A stretch of 63,925 bases of DNA, filler included, from Sluysia triapertura (GCA_046118255.1; 5 parts of 5 records of this genome joined end to end with filler, not necessarily neighbours in it), one strand, 5' to 3'; counted from the whole stretch's first letter, positions 11,904 to 26,010 are shown. Notes: a model not told the origin generated them from the sequence alone. Numbers and translations are program-made.

Positions 11904-12003
11904 NNNNNNNNNNNNNNNNNNNNNNNNNNNNNNNNNNNNNNNNNNNNTTAATTAATTAANNNNNNNNNNNNNNNNNNNNNNNNNNNNNNNNNNNNNNNNN
12001 NNN
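11904..12003. other. Artificial assembly spacer (N44-TTAATTAATTAA-N44, six-frame stop linker)
   Basis: Identical 100-bp structure occurs four times. Confidence 0.98.
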
Positions 12004-13059
12004 TCTTCAAATTTGATTTCATATTGTTATTAATAATTCTTATTTTAAGATTATTTCTTAACTGTAATAGTAAGGTTTAATGTTTTCAAATTTTAATTTC
12101 ATATTGTCCTTATTGAAACACACGTATACTTATACTTAGAGAAATTTAATTGTAATTTCTTACTAAATTTTGAAATTAAATTAAATGCATGCAATTTCAT
12201 TGTGAATTAAGAATCAAGCATTTTAATCTTAGTAATTTTTTAAGCATCATTATTTTAACAATGATATTAAGATGAATAATTATTTTAACATTATTTTATT
12301 AAAATTAAGTCTATTTTAAAATGAACATTATATAAAATGTTAATGGTAAAAATGAATATTATGTGTACAAAATATTACAATAATATTAATTTTTATTTTT
12401 ATTTGTATTAGTCATTTTGAATATGAGTATTAGCCATTTACCTAATAAAACATTAAAATGCACAAACAACTTGGCTGTAAAGCAATTCATTAATGTATAG
12501 TAATGATTGGCTAAGTTATGGTAAAAATCGTACATGCACAAAAGTAGTTCGAAAAAACATCAATAGTAAGTGATTTTCGTGCGGGTTGTATAGAAAACTT
12601 TTTTACAAATAATATAAAGTTAAAATGAAATTGTTCTGACTTTATGATATGATGAATTACATATTGATTAATAAAAACCCTTAAGAATAGTTAAATAATA
12701 AAATCAACAAACACAATTAAGCTTAATTCTCCTCGTCGTTATTATTACGTTATTTAAAATAGCACCGACACAATTCGACCAATCTTTGACAGACTTAAAC
12801 AAATTCAAGTCATTCACAATATTTCAACGTAACTACCACTCTGCTATCACAACAAAATTATAATATGATTATAAATATAAATATAAATATAATATAATAA
12901 GATAATATAAATATTAAACACAACAATACCACAAAACAAATCATAAATTTATGAGAGTTATATTTTAACAAAACACAAACCACAATAAATTGCTGTCAAG
13001 AGCATACAAAACGAACCACCAGACTTTAAACCACATATTATAAAATAATTAAACGTTAC

Positions 13060-15300
13060 ATATTTCAAAATAAGTACTAACACATCCTTTCTTTCCGCAG
13101 CTGCATTTAACTTTCTAATAATAATAATAAAAATTAATAATAATAATAATTATTATTATTATTATTAATAAAATAATAATAATAAATTTTATTAATATTA
13201 AAATTATTATTGAGTATAGAAATAGTTAATAATAAAACATTAATAATAATAATACAATAATAACAATAATAGTAATTTCAATTTTCGTATATTAGAAGTG
13301 AGAATTATAAAACTCTAAACAATATATTCTAAAGTTATTCAACATTGAAAATTAAGTAATCACACGTACTTTCCTCCTGAACGTTCATTGAACTTCCTAA
13401 AAATAAAGTAATAATAATAATAGCATAATTATACTAATGTTAATATTATTATAATGATTATAAAAAAGTTAATAAAACATCAAAAATAATAATATAAGAA
13501 TTAGAATAATAATTTTAATATTCATATATTTGTAAATAAATATAATATATTCATTAAATTTTAATATAAACAAATATAGTGTAATATTCATTATTCATTA
13601 ATTTTTATTTAAATAATAATTTATTGTTTTAATTTTTCATTATTATGTTATTTTAATAGTTAAGAATTAAATTTTAAGAAAATAATTTTCGACTAAGGTA
13701 AATAGTCATTTCAATAGTTTTACTACTATTTATTTATTAATATTATTGAATTTATTTGGACTACTACTATTTATTCATTTGTTAACTATTAGTTATTTGA
13801 ACAGTTATACTACTATATTATTGAATTCGGATTACTACTATTCATTATTAACTATATCATTTATTAACTATATAATCTGGAAATTTATTGAATTTATTTA
13901 GAAATATTATAAAATACGATTAATTTCGAAAATATTATAAGAAAGATTTTGTATTAAAAGAGCAAAAATATAGACAAAAACAACAGAAATTATCTTCAGA
14001 ATTGCTTTTCAAAATTATTGAAGAATTATTTTATGAACAATTTACAATACAAAGACTCAAATTTATTTATCCAAGACATTTTAATAATTGATCTGAAACA
14101 AGAAGATTCAAGTGAGAAATATATTTTCTTTTTAGTCGAAAATTACTAAAATTATAATCTAATTTTACTTATTAATAATTATATTGATTCATAATTTATT
14201 AAAATTATCTTTTCATTTTATTATTTGTAAATTAGACAAGGATTGGAAATAGAGTATTCGGGCGCAATAGTAAATTTTAGATTAATAATTATAATTAAAC
14301 CTAATTATTAAGTTTGAATCAAACATTGACGAATAAAATTCCATTAAAATCGAATATTAATAGTCACGTAATTTCATTTAGTCGATTATTAAGCACTTCT
14401 ATTCTTAGCAACAAGGACAAATAAAGTGATTCATACCTCCTGTTAAGTTTGATATAAAGTGATAACATTAATAAAAAAGTACAGAATTATAAAAATTTAT
14501 AAAGAGATTTAAATTAATAGTAAAGAGCAAGAGTTCTGCAAATACAAATAAAGTTTATAAAGTATAAAATAGCATTCAGATATAACAATTCAGATATAAC
14601 ATTCAGTTAACAAAAATTAATAACGTAAGGTCACAGAAATAACGTATAAATTCTTAAAGACTTAGAAGAAGCAAAGAGAATTTTTCATTTTAGCAGAATA
14701 AGCAAAAAAATATTTATTACACTTACATTAAAAGTTATTACATAATAGTAGTGATAATTATGAAAATCTTAAACAAAATATTGTAATGTACTTAAACATT
14801 GCATATTTAAATTTAAATACAAATACATACTTTTTTTCTGAACGTGCATTGAACTTCCTAAGAATAAAGTAATAATAATATAATTACTACTAATATTAAT
14901 AATAATAACAATAATGATAATAATATATAACATTAATGTTAAAATTAATATTATGATTAAAGAAAAAGTTAATAAATCTTTAATGATAATAAACATAATG
15001 ACAATAATAATGTGATTACAAAGATAATAATAACAATAATAGTAATTTTTATATTCATATATTTGTAGTAAAAATTATAAAACACTAAACAATATATTCT
15101 TAGGTAATTCGAAGTTGTAAATTAAGTACTAACACATCATTTTCTTTTAAAGGTTCATTGTACTCCCTAAAAATAAAAGTAATAATAACAATAATAATAA
15201 TAAATAAAAATAACAATAATAAAACATCAATAATAAAACAATAATTATATCAATCTACATTTAAATAATAAGCACTAACGTAGTCCTTTCTTCTTCCGAA
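13060..15300 (+). repeat. Degenerate ~280-300-bp tandem repeat interrupted by a ~1.2-kb insert (~13550-14770)
   Basis: Recurrent taagtactaacacatc...gttcattgaacttcctaaaaataaagta motif at ~13070, 13352, 14815, 15122 and 15268. Confidence 0.7.
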
Positions 15301-15304
15301 ATAC

Positions 15305-15372
<68 letters not shown>
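15305..15372. repeat. (TAA)n microsatellite
   Basis: Direct reading. Confidence 0.97.
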
Positions 15373-15543
15373 TAAAAATAATGTATTATTCGTGATCACT
15401 ATAGATCTATATGCGGTAACGCAACTCAATCCAAAATATTATTATAAAAACCTCACATCAACAAAACATCCACCAATCCATTAAGTTCATTATAAAACAT
15501 AGAAAACAATCAATTCATCACTTCTTTGGGTAAAAGAAGTTTA

Positions 15544-16945
15544 TTAAATTAACATTAACATTATTTTAACTTCAAAATGCCTGTTATAAAATTGGAGATA
15601 ATTGTACCTACATTTATTTACAAAACAAAACAGTATAAAAAATTTTAAATCATATTGTTTATTGGATTTGAACTGCAAACCGAGTTGGGAACATGCTGTC
15701 GTATTTCTGACATTGTGAATTCTAAAACAAAAATCAAACGTATAAGTTCGTTGTATCAAATTAAAAATAAGATTTACCTTATAATAGTTATAATCAGTAA
15801 AATCGTTTTCCACTTTTAACTTGTATAAACTTGATAGTATACTAAAAATTTGTTTACAAAAAAACTTGACTCGTCTGTGTGAGTTTCAATATTCACTGTG
15901 ACTAATGTTTGACCATAAAAGACTACTGTAATTTTATGATCGGAATTGATTCCATAATGCTTCATCTTTGAAAAAGTGTGACATTACAACATCGATCATT
16001 TCACCGTTTATCAAGGTTATTCCACTAAATTCTTGGAAATCCGCTACTGGAGTACTAATATTTTCTGCGATGGTATGTTTGAATCCATTCATTATCATGT
16101 CGAATGATATTCTATGTTTCACATCTAGATATAAATTGTTGAAATAAACAGTTGTTATTTTGTAATTTCAGACTTAATTTTGCCATTTCAGATCGAATTG
16201 ACACTTTTACATTAGTTCTATCCACTTGGACGATTTCATAACTAACTTTAAGAGTTTCATCTTTAAGAGTAGATAGGTTTATCGAACAAATGATCTGTGC
16301 AAATACTTGAAAAAAAGGATGAATTTCCTCTGATACGATTGCCTGTTAATATATAATGGTGACTTAAACAAACAGCATTCATAATCGGAATGATACTGAA
16401 CACAATCGAGCCTAAAATTTCACTTAAGTAATCAGGTGGTGTTCTTTTCATGATTCCATCTTCCGTGAATCTATCGTATAAATCCAGATGACTTCGATTC
16501 TCTTTAATAATTGCCTTACTTTTTATAGGGGTTGATAAATATATTTTAGTAGTTTTATAAACCTTTGTACAAACAATAACAATTTGTTTCATCATCGAAG
16601 TAACAAATTGTATAGGTAATTGATTTATAAAAATTGCAATAAAATTTGATTAGGAAACATCAAATTCATATTGGTGTTGATCATTAACTATTATTGACAT
16701 GGTTAGATTCAAATTAGATATGCTTATTTTTAGTCTTCTTTCTCTTGCTGAGTTTGTTTCTAAATATTCTTGATTTCCTTGATAAATATCAATTAAATTG
16801 ACAATCGTATTGCTGTCACCGTTATAAACATCACCTGCTGAAATGAGAAAACGATATATTTAAAAATTCATGAGATAATACTTCGAGAAGTCTATTGATA
16901 TTACATATACAAACGGATTTATCATTTACCTGTAGATCAACATCA
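15544..16945 (-). pseudogene. Decayed orphan gene 3b (ORF fragments of 110, 62 and 89 aa)
   Basis: Collinear minus-strand ORF fragments downstream of the 17187-17254 inverted CCAAT pair; polyA-like signal near 15540. Confidence 0.45.
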
Positions 16946-17186
16946 TTAAGCAAAGAATTGAAAATATGTTTATGAATTCGAATTAATAATTCTTTAAATC
17001 ACTTATACAAATATAATTTACTTCATCTTTGAAGCAATTATAAAGAAATTTTGTTTTTTTGAACATTTATAATAAATTTAATATATTATGAAATGTTTCG
17101 AGCTCAAAAATAGTATTGAACAATTTTGCATTTAACGACTAACAAATATAATAATAAAAACCAATGTATAGTCATGTTATTTGAGA

Positions 17187-17254
17187 TGATTGGATGTCCA
17201 ATCCAAGAAAGCAAAAATATAGTATAACGATAGCACTGATTGGACATCCAGTCA
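17187..17254. promoter_or_regulatory. Inverted CCAAT pair upstream of gene 3b
   Basis: tgattggatgtccaatc / gattggacatccagtca (16/17); tagcactgattggaca is identical to 5940-5955. Confidence 0.65.
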
Positions 17255-17325
17255 ATTGCCGTTTCTAAAACGTGTAGACATAACAAATGACATGTGTTTG
17301 GAATTGTAATTTTAATTGACCAATA

Positions 17326-18640
17326 TTAATTAATTTTAAAGATTTTAAAATTAATGTTTAAATCTTTGGTCATTATTATTAGAAAGTACGTTATATGGCT
17401 GTTAAAAATTTGATTGAAACTTAATTTGTACTTTAATATAATTATGAAAATTTTAAATACCTTTGCATCAAAATTTATAATCAAATGAACAGATACATGA
17501 ATGTTTTTATTTAAAATTTTGAAACATGAATAATTTAAATTTAATTTTTTTGTTCTGAATGTGGCATGAGATAGTGTCGATATTCTGTCACCTGAAAACA
17601 AATTATAGTTATAATTAATAATAATTAAATAACAAAAAGTTGTTACTTTAATTTTAGCACCCTTATGAATATTACCGTTGTTACGACCAAATTTGACATA
17701 AAGAGTATTACTTCCGATGTTATGATCGTAGACATTATAAGACTTTATAATGTCTTTATCATCATTTGTATTATTAAAAGACGTTTGATAGTGAATTTAC
17801 GTCTGAAGTTGCAACTTCCACATTTCTTGACGATATAATAATCAAACTTAGTACTAAAATTATAACATTGATGATGTAAGAAAAATTTTATATCTAAAAC
17901 ATGATACTTGCGAGTATTGATGCAGTGATATTTGTATTTTTGTTCGAAATCATCGGGCATTAATTTTTTATTCGAAGGTTGTCCGTTTCTTGGTTTATTT
18001 TTATTATTTGATCACCAGTTTGAGCTGGTTTCTCATGTAATTGCAAGACTTCTATATGCCGAGGATGGAAAGCATCAATAAAAGAAGGATCATTTGTTGT
18101 CAAAGTATTTTGGTTATGATTATCTCCAAAATCTTTGATTAAACAATCACTAAAAATATGAATGTCGGAGAAATATTCCGTAACTTTACACTGCTTCAAA
18201 AATCTGTTTTGAATCATTTGTACTACTTCTTTGTAACTTTTTAAATCTCTCGTAGTTACTAGCGACTTCAATGGTTGAACTTCAGTTTGAGCAATGTATA
18301 GTGTAAAGAAATGGGTCGATAAGTAACATCTTGAATTGTAATAATAACATTGCCATTTTCGATTTTGAACAAATTTTTATCAGCACTTGGTGACAACTAA
18401 TCAATAACTAACTCGACTTCTTGACGTGATAAAAGTTGACAAACTTCAGATATATTTAGATATACTATAACATCTAAATCCATCGCCGCTTTCTTGACCA
18501 TCGTTATTTCTTTCGTTAAATTCATGAGTACAATGTTTATACAGTAATTAGTTGTTGATGAGACTGGTAAATCTAAATTTTGCTTGTTTAAACTTGTTGT
18601 ACTTGTATTAAATCGTTTGGTAATTGTTTTAAGTTTTTCA
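17326..18640 (-). pseudogene. Decayed spliced orphan gene 3a with a 55-nt intron (17592-17646)
   Basis: ATG at ~18640; ORF fragments of 103, 71 and 91 aa; minus-strand GTAACA...TTTTCAG intron precedes the last fragment. Confidence 0.45.
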
Positions 18641-18738
18641 TCAAGAAAAGATATTGTAAAATTAAAACAGTTACTTTTATTTTTTTTTGATTTTGTGATT
18701 GAAAAATTTTAATTTTTACTAATAAATTTTGCATCACG

Positions 18739-18922
18739 ATTGGTTGTCAAACCAAAATCGTTTGAAGAAAATGAGTAAAATAACTGATTTGATTGGATAG
18801 CCAGTAGGGTTAGTTAGTTTGTTAATGGAAATCGATGATTGATGTCAACTGTGATGACAACCTTCATCAACAGTGGTATAAAATTATAGTTGTAAAACAA
18901 AAATGTCGCTGTTGATGAAGGT
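18739..18922. promoter_or_regulatory. Double-hairpin module, copy 3
   Basis: Imperfect CCAAT pair at 18739-18805; accttcatcaacagtggtat / atgtcgctgttgatgaaggt (17/20, remaining positions G-T). Confidence 0.7.
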
Positions 18923-20559
18923 AGTAACTCAGTTGATTGAGAACTGCATTATTAAAATTTTATTTTGAACAATTTATGTTAAAATTGATGATAATAATAA
19001 TAATAACAGAGTGTTATTATTATTATTAATCAAGAAAATTGCATTAAATCTTTGTTTATTTCTTTTACACGAACTTTTCTTTTATATCTGTCTTATTCTT
19101 AAAATATATAAATTGTAATAGTGAAAAGAACCTTCAGGTTTGTAAATGTAGTGGTGAGGCTTTACCTTCTGGTCTTAGGTACCTTTTTTGCTGTTTTAAG
19201 TGACTTTGCATGATTGGTTCTAATATTTGACTGAAATAATATTTTTGTCTGGAATGTTATTAATATATGAATAGTTTTGAATAATGCAGACGTTAAAGTG
19301 AGCGATGAAGATGTTTGACTATTGAGATTGATAGTACAAGATGTAGGTTTAAGGTATTTATTTTATTTGGGAGTGTTTGTTGATTGGTTGTGAATGTGGA
19401 TGTAATTAAATTGTTTGGGATGAAAGGATGTAAAATAAAATATTCTGAATGAATATTTAATGTGTTTTGATGGTTTAAAACGTTATTGTGATTTGGATGT
19501 TGTGAGGTGCTGAATAAGTGTTCTTGATGGATTTCTTGCTATGAGTTGATAGTATTCTTTATTATGAATTTATAGACTTGAGGTGTTTAGAGAAGTAAAA
19601 TTTTGTTTTTGTAGATTTGTGAGATTTTGGTATGTTTAAAATGGGATTTTAGTAAAATTTGTAGAAGTTATAAGGTTGGCCACCACAGTCGATATTATTT
19701 ATGTAAAGAAGTAAATATTATAAGAAAAGTAACTGTTTTTGATGAATAAAATTTAGGATTTGAATTGAAAACTGTCATTATTAAGTTGCTAATTTAGTCG
19801 ACCAAGCTAGAATGTGCTTCTTTAATCGTAGAAAAATCTAATTTTAAATATTCAAAAATAACTATCAAAATTTTACTTGTGTGATGATAGTAATTTGTAC
19901 TACTAATTATACATGTACATATATTATTCTCGCTTCACCTTAAAAATAAGGTCTTGTAGTCATAATTATTCGTTTTATGTTTATTATAGTAATGATCATA
20001 ACTTGTAATGTTTATTAATGGCTAATATGCTACTAATAATCAAATAAAATTTAATTTAATTTGATTTATTTTAATAATCATATTGTTGGCATCTTTTCTA
20101 ATTACTCAACAATTATAGTTTTTATAATTTATGGGTTCGCCTATAATCTACGGTTTAAATCCCAAGGAAGACGTAGTTATAGGAGTGACAGTCAAAAAAT
20201 ATTCTGCAATAAGGAATCCTTAATCTTTAGTGAACAATTTACTAATTAAAGTCTAATTCTTTAACAATTGTCAGAATGTTTATTAATCTTTCAATTTATC
20301 TTAAATTATCCTTAAAACTAATCTACGTCACTGAACTGTAACAAAATTACTTTTTAGTCAAAATTATGAAAAACTCAGTTACCCCCGTATATATATTATA
20401 GACAAATTAAATAAATAGATTAAATACAAAAATAAATATAAGCAATGTACAATAATATATGTTCTAGGATTTCACCTAAGATTAATATAAACAAGAATTT
20501 AATTAAGATTTTAACCCAGGTGAATACTTTGGCTTGGAAATTGTTTATGTTAATTTAAG

Positions 20560-20735
20560 TATATTTTAACGCAAATAATTTTTGTGAACAACTTAAAATA
20601 AATAGCTTACGATTTTATGGATATTTGAAAAAACAAAGTGTAATGTTGGCTGTTCGACTAATTAAAATCGAAATCCACGAAATATATTCCAAATCGGGTT
20701 TAGCAGCTGATATAAATTGTCCACGAATAAGCCCA
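20560..20735 (+). repeat. Dispersed repeat family E; inverted copy at ~26565-26740
   Basis: Collinear motifs cttacga, atcgaaat(c/t)cac, attccaaatc, ttagca and aataagc. Confidence 0.6.
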
Positions 20736-21499
20736 CGAAGTTTTGTGATGTTTTTCTTTTAATTGTGACTCAAAAAATCCAAATCCACGAATATTCCAAC
20801 GAAGTTTTGAGATTTCTCTCTTTTAATTGCACTTTTAAAATTGTGTTTTTTAAAATTGTGTGATTTAGCTAGAAATCGCAATCTATTTATACTAAACTAA
20901 TTTTTGTGAACTATACCGAAAGACTTTAAAGTATGCCGGCGATTTATTTGAGGCAATTATTTTATAAAAGAAAACTGTGATTATTTGTTTATCGAAATAG
21001 AAGAATTTTTATCTAAAATAATAAATTTTATTTATCAAAATAAAAGAATTTTATATAAAATAATAGAAATATTAATTAAATTTGTACTTATTAATTAATG
21101 TAAATTTTTTCTAAAGTTCTTTATAAAGTTATTAAACAAAATTTATTTACAAAATTTAATAAATATTTAATATTTTGTTGTTTTAGGTAATCATATTTTC
21201 TTATAATTTCTAATATTTACAAAACTAACGTAAGTAATTCTAATATTTCTGCATATTATTAAACTCTAATATTTCTATTAGTTAAAATAATTTTGTTTTA
21301 ATTATTAAAAATAAATATTTTTTGTTTTAATCTGACCAAAGTTAGCTAAATAAGTATTTAAACATCGCAAAAAATGCACAAGACACACAACTATTATATT
21401 AACTAAAGAAATGACAATTGCATTAGCACACATTTTAAAAATATTTCGTTGGAAAATTTTCAGTTGGACAAAAACTATTGAAACATGACTGTTTTTCAG

Positions 21500-22190
21500 A
21501 AAGGACTTCTTGGCCAGATTTTTCATAGTCTATATAAAATATTTGCTTTAGTTTATTATATTAAGTTTGGATACAGTAAGTATCTACGTAAAATCGAGAA
21601 AAACAGATTTCGTAATAAATTTTGAAACTTATAATAGTTTCTCGTAAAATATATTGTTCAATTATTATTAAAAGAATTAACTGAAAGTTAATTAGAGCAA
21701 CTTTTCTATTAATATCTATATATCGTTTTTATCAAGTTATTTAATTTATGAATATATAAATTCGTTGAGAAATTCTTATTATTAACAACTAATTTTAATA
21801 GTTTTAAATTTATAAAATCATTACTATAGTAAAGCTTTATTCAGAATATAAATCTGAAATCAAAAAATCATTTATTATAAATCCTTTTCATAGGATTTTC
21901 GAAAATTATTTCAATAATACAAAATTTTCAGTTAACAGAATATTTGCATCACTAAATTAGAATTTACTCCCATTCTTTTATAAATTTTATTAAATTATAT
22001 TTAAAATACCTCCAGACCTTAATTACAGTTAAGCAAGAACTAAGGTATCTTTCTTAGTCTAATAAAATCTTTTCAATTTCAAGAAAACCCAACGGCTAAC
22101 CCTAACTGGTAAGCCTAGTACGTTGGTGGACTCACGCATAAATTTTGCTTTATTCTATAAGTCTCTTTTAAAATTTCACGCGGATATTAT
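21500..22190 (-). repeat. Dispersed repeat family D, inverted copy
   Basis: Reverse complement of 9655-10270, including the core ggtaagcctagtacgttggtggactcacg. Confidence 0.88.
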
Positions 22191-22203
22191 TTTGGAAAAA
22201 GCC

Positions 22204-22461
22204 AAAGAAGTTTGAATAACAGGCGATTTTAATATAAAAATGAATGAAGAATGTCAAACAAGTAAAACATTCATCCAATTAATAAATAGATTCAATTTAA
22301 AATTTAAAATTCATAAATGTAGAAATATATCAGATTTATTAATAACCAATATTAATATTAATATCGTTACTGATATAAAAGTAAATGAACTATTAGATAT
22401 ATCTGATCATCATTTATTTACTTTGAAAGTAGAATTTAAGATTACAAATTGTAAATTATAA
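22204..22461 (+). mobile_element. Non-LTR retrotransposon AP-endonuclease fragment (L2/CR1-like)
   Basis: Translation ITGDFNI...ISDLLIT...DISDHHLF contains the APE motifs GDFN, DL and SDH. Confidence 0.8.
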
Positions 22462-23445
22462 ATTCATACAAGCAAGAAAATAGAAAGAAAGGTGACGTGT
22501 AAAAAGAAACAGAGATCGTAATGATAACAATGATATAATTGTTATATTTTAATATGATGATTTTGCTGATATTATTATTATAGTTATTTTATGATAATCA
22601 TGATAATCATATTATATAACAATAATCCTAATAATTATTATATATTTTAATACAATTGGATTTATAATAACAATAATTATGTACAACGACTAGGTTTGAT
22701 TTTTTGAATGAGTCAAGTAGTTTATTTAGTGTTTTTTATGTAAGAAATGTTTTATGTGATGAAGTGTTGAAATTTTGATGTGATTTCATTACAATTGTTT
22801 ATTCATCATGATATTACTGTAAAACTAAATGCGTTCAATATGTTAAGTCAAGAGGTTAAGTCAAATTATCACAAAAATCAAATATAAACTTATCATCATA
22901 ATCAAACTTAAACAAAGTTAATTTAATGAAAACATGTATCAAAGTGAAATGAAAATATAAACTCTATCGTCAAATTAAAACATCGAAAATTAATTTCAAA
23001 AAATATGAATTCAATATCATCAAAAGCTTATAATCAAAATCAAGTATTATCACATTAAATAATTAAATGAAATAAGAAACAGATGAATATTCTTACTCGC
23101 AATTACGCATAAAAATAATAGTAATATCAAATTATCAACATTTAAAATGCAGATTAAGTTTATCGTAACCAGAATAAACTTATCTCATAAAAGAAATATC
23201 AATATAACATTCTAATAGCCAAATTATTCTGGTGTTTTATATGCCATGCAGTGAACTCAAGATTAAGATATTATAATTGTAAACATGACACAAAATAATG
23301 TAATCCTCATAAATAACATTTTAAACAAACTTCAAAATACCAAATCATCAAACAGTACACAAACACAATTCTTATAATATTATACACAATAATTATTGTC
23401 TTATTATTATATCCTTATTGTTATCTTTCATTATTATCTTATTAT

Positions 23446-23547
23446 GACTATAAAAAACAAAATTGTAAGACGGGGCTGAGAGCTAAGTAGTGTGAAGCGA
23501 GAGGCTGGGGTTCGATTCCCGGTCAGTCTATTTATTGAAGTCTTAAA
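23446..23547 (+). mobile_element. tRNA-bearing mini-element, 5'-truncated copy
   Basis: tgtaagacggggctgagagctaagtag...ggttcgattcccggtcagtcta...gaagtct. Confidence 0.8.
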
Positions 23548-24624
23548 TTACTACTTACATTTCTATACTATTTCTATAGTATTCCTTATTACTATTACTA
23601 TCACTATTATTATTAATTTTCTATATGCATTGAAAACACTATTATTTTAACATATTGTACGTATTAAAAGCTTTTGCATACGTTATTAGTTTATTTTTGT
23701 TTATTACGATTTTTATATAGAAGAAATTTAGTTCATAAATATCCCAAACAATTTTTGAATTCATTATGCAGTCATTATGATTTTGGAAAACTTTTGTTCT
23801 GTAATAACGTCACATTAACAAATACAAGCTCCTACTTTCACAGAAAAAATAAAATGTTTTTGATGTATCACTAAAACTCCATCTCCGAGTTGCATTAATA
23901 CATGGTCACTCTCATTAAACGGTAGTTTAAATACCAGCAGTAGTTTCACCGCTTCAAAGTGTTATATTGCTGTACTAATAAACGGACTATTCTTAATAAC
24001 CGTAAAATGTCTAAATTTATAGATTTTTATAGTGTTCAGCAGATAATGGTGAATGTAATTACAGATGACATTGTTACTAAAAATCGTACCTCTACCGTTC
24101 GTCGTTACCCTAAACGTTCAACAATATCACATATTTACAGTAATCGATAAAGTACGATTACATCACAGCAGCATCAACAAACACCTGGGTTCAGTATTTT
24201 TTCTAAACCGGTTGACAAAACGTCACATTCAACAATCAATGTAACACACCATTTCAATACAAGAATTTGAAGAATTTGAATAGTGCGTGTTAAGCAAATT
24301 TTAGAAAGTAACCTTAGACTGCTGCCTTATGTTTTGTCTGATCAACATAGATTTAAAAGAACAATTTGACAACGAAAGATAATTAAGAATAAATAGAAGA
24401 TTTAATGCGTTTTGCAATTACCTGACTAGTTAACTTCGATTTCTGAGTAAATTAGAGCGAGAAAAAGGTATGCATGCTTTCATAGAATATCGCTAGATAT
24501 TATTAGATGATTATGTGACTAATTTTATAATTTTGTACCTTGTTATTATCGAATATCTTGTACATTGTATATAAAATGTAGTCGTTCATTTTCTAATTTA
24601 TTGAATAAACCACGCAGTTTAAAC

Positions 24625-25330
24625 ATTTTTCATTGAAATGTTGGTATTGCCCAGCTGTGGATCTGGAAACGAATGAAAACATACAAAATCATAAAATTAC
24701 GGAATAATTGATACAAAGTGATAGTTAAAACATTATACATATTGTTGGAATAAGAATAATGAAGATGAAAACAATTATAGTAGCGTGGATAACTGATGAA
24801 TAAATTGGGATTTCTCATAAACGAGTTTGAGATGGACTTTGGATCCCTTTGAACTTGCGGACTTTGAGCCATCTGAGACTCCATTAACCTTTAAGCATTC
24901 TTGAAACATGGATAGGCATGTAAGGTCTTCGATTAATCTTAAAATCTTTAAGATATAGGAGAAATAAAATCATTGTCATTGGTATTAAGAATAAATCTAG
25001 TAAAGTAGTAATTAACAAGAAGGAATCAGAAAAGTGAAGGTGAAAACATCTAGAGCATCCTGAATGCCTTATAAACTACTAAATAACTTTAGAACCTTAA
25101 TAAACATAAAATAAGAATAAGTTTAAAAATGCATCAATAATTTAAAATTCTAATTAACTTTTTGAATGATATTTGAATGCGAAATTGCTATGTTAAATTT
25201 GAAAATGTGTATGCATTTATTTTTAAAAAACATTTAAAAGCCTTAATATTGAGCAAGGTCAAACTTTAAATATGAATTTTTAATACTTAGAATGATGAAA
25301 ATATAATGAATTCAATATGAGGTGATTGCT
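24625..25330 (-). repeat. Dispersed repeat family C, inverted copy
   Basis: gaaggtgaaaacatctagag and flanks are the reverse complement of 8075-8890 and 52745-53430. Confidence 0.88.
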
Positions 25331-25524
25331 ACGAAAAAGGAGAATCTAGAAGTGAGTTTGAAATGTCTGTTGAGTGGTTAATTTGAGAATAAGAACCGTA
25401 AACATTTTTCATTAGAAAATACAGTATGGAAAATCGAAAATCAATTAAATTCTAAAAAGTGAAAATAAATTCATTATTTTTATGTATGTTAACAATATTG
25501 TTGATTGTCATTTTAATGTGAGAT

Positions 25525-26010
25525 GTAATTTAAGTAAAAATAGACTGAGTAGAATAAAAGAAAATGATAGTTGATAATAAATCAAATTTTGGTGTCTCGT
25601 ATCTAATGAAGTTTGACAGACTGTACCATGTAATTGTCAAAGTTATTAAAAAATTTTTCGACACAACTAGTCAAGCGTTATTAATATGCTCGTTGATAGA
25701 AGGTCCGTGATTTAGGTGAATTTTTAAATTTACTTTATTATATAATTATTATTAATAATTAAATTTTACATTTGATTATTTTTTTTATTATCATTGAAAA
25801 ATAAACTTAAGTAATAATTATCTATTGTATTGGCAAAGATGATTTTTTACTTTTATATTAAAAAAATTAATTTAAGGGTCGAAAATTATTAATATCAAAC
25901 TTTTGAAATTATATTCATAAGCGTTTTTTAAGACCCTTTATCTATTTATTATTGTAGAATCACTTTTTGGAAGGTGGGTTGATTTAATTGTGTTACGTCA
26001 CCACTGCTTT
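25525..26010 (+). repeat. Dispersed repeat family A/B, further copy
   Basis: Matches 3678-3770; tgttacgtcaccactg matches the reverse complement of ~11250-11266. Confidence 0.6.

Larger units (their letters stand above)
15540..19687 (-). mobile_element. Cargo-carrying cassette, copy 3, with two tandem cargo genes
   Basis: Right end ggttggccaccaca (19687); GT-rich arm ~19130-19680; TAA/TTA tract 18988-19027; hairpins 18739-18805 and 18860-18922; second CCAAT pair at 17187-17254. Left boundary undefined. Confidence 0.6.

Noticed and set aside
763-18640. Alternative genetic code or stop readthrough explaining the broken ORFs
   Set aside because: Interruptions include TAA, TAG and TGA as well as frameshifts, and the conserved SLC6 exons read in the standard code and end in TGA. 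Decay is the simpler explanation.
17576-19696. gtcgatatt at 17576-17584 and 19688-19696 as a 9-bp MULE-type TSD
   Set aside because: The left copy lies inside the putative last exon of gene 3a, there is no matching TIR, and other copies show no such duplication; probably chance.
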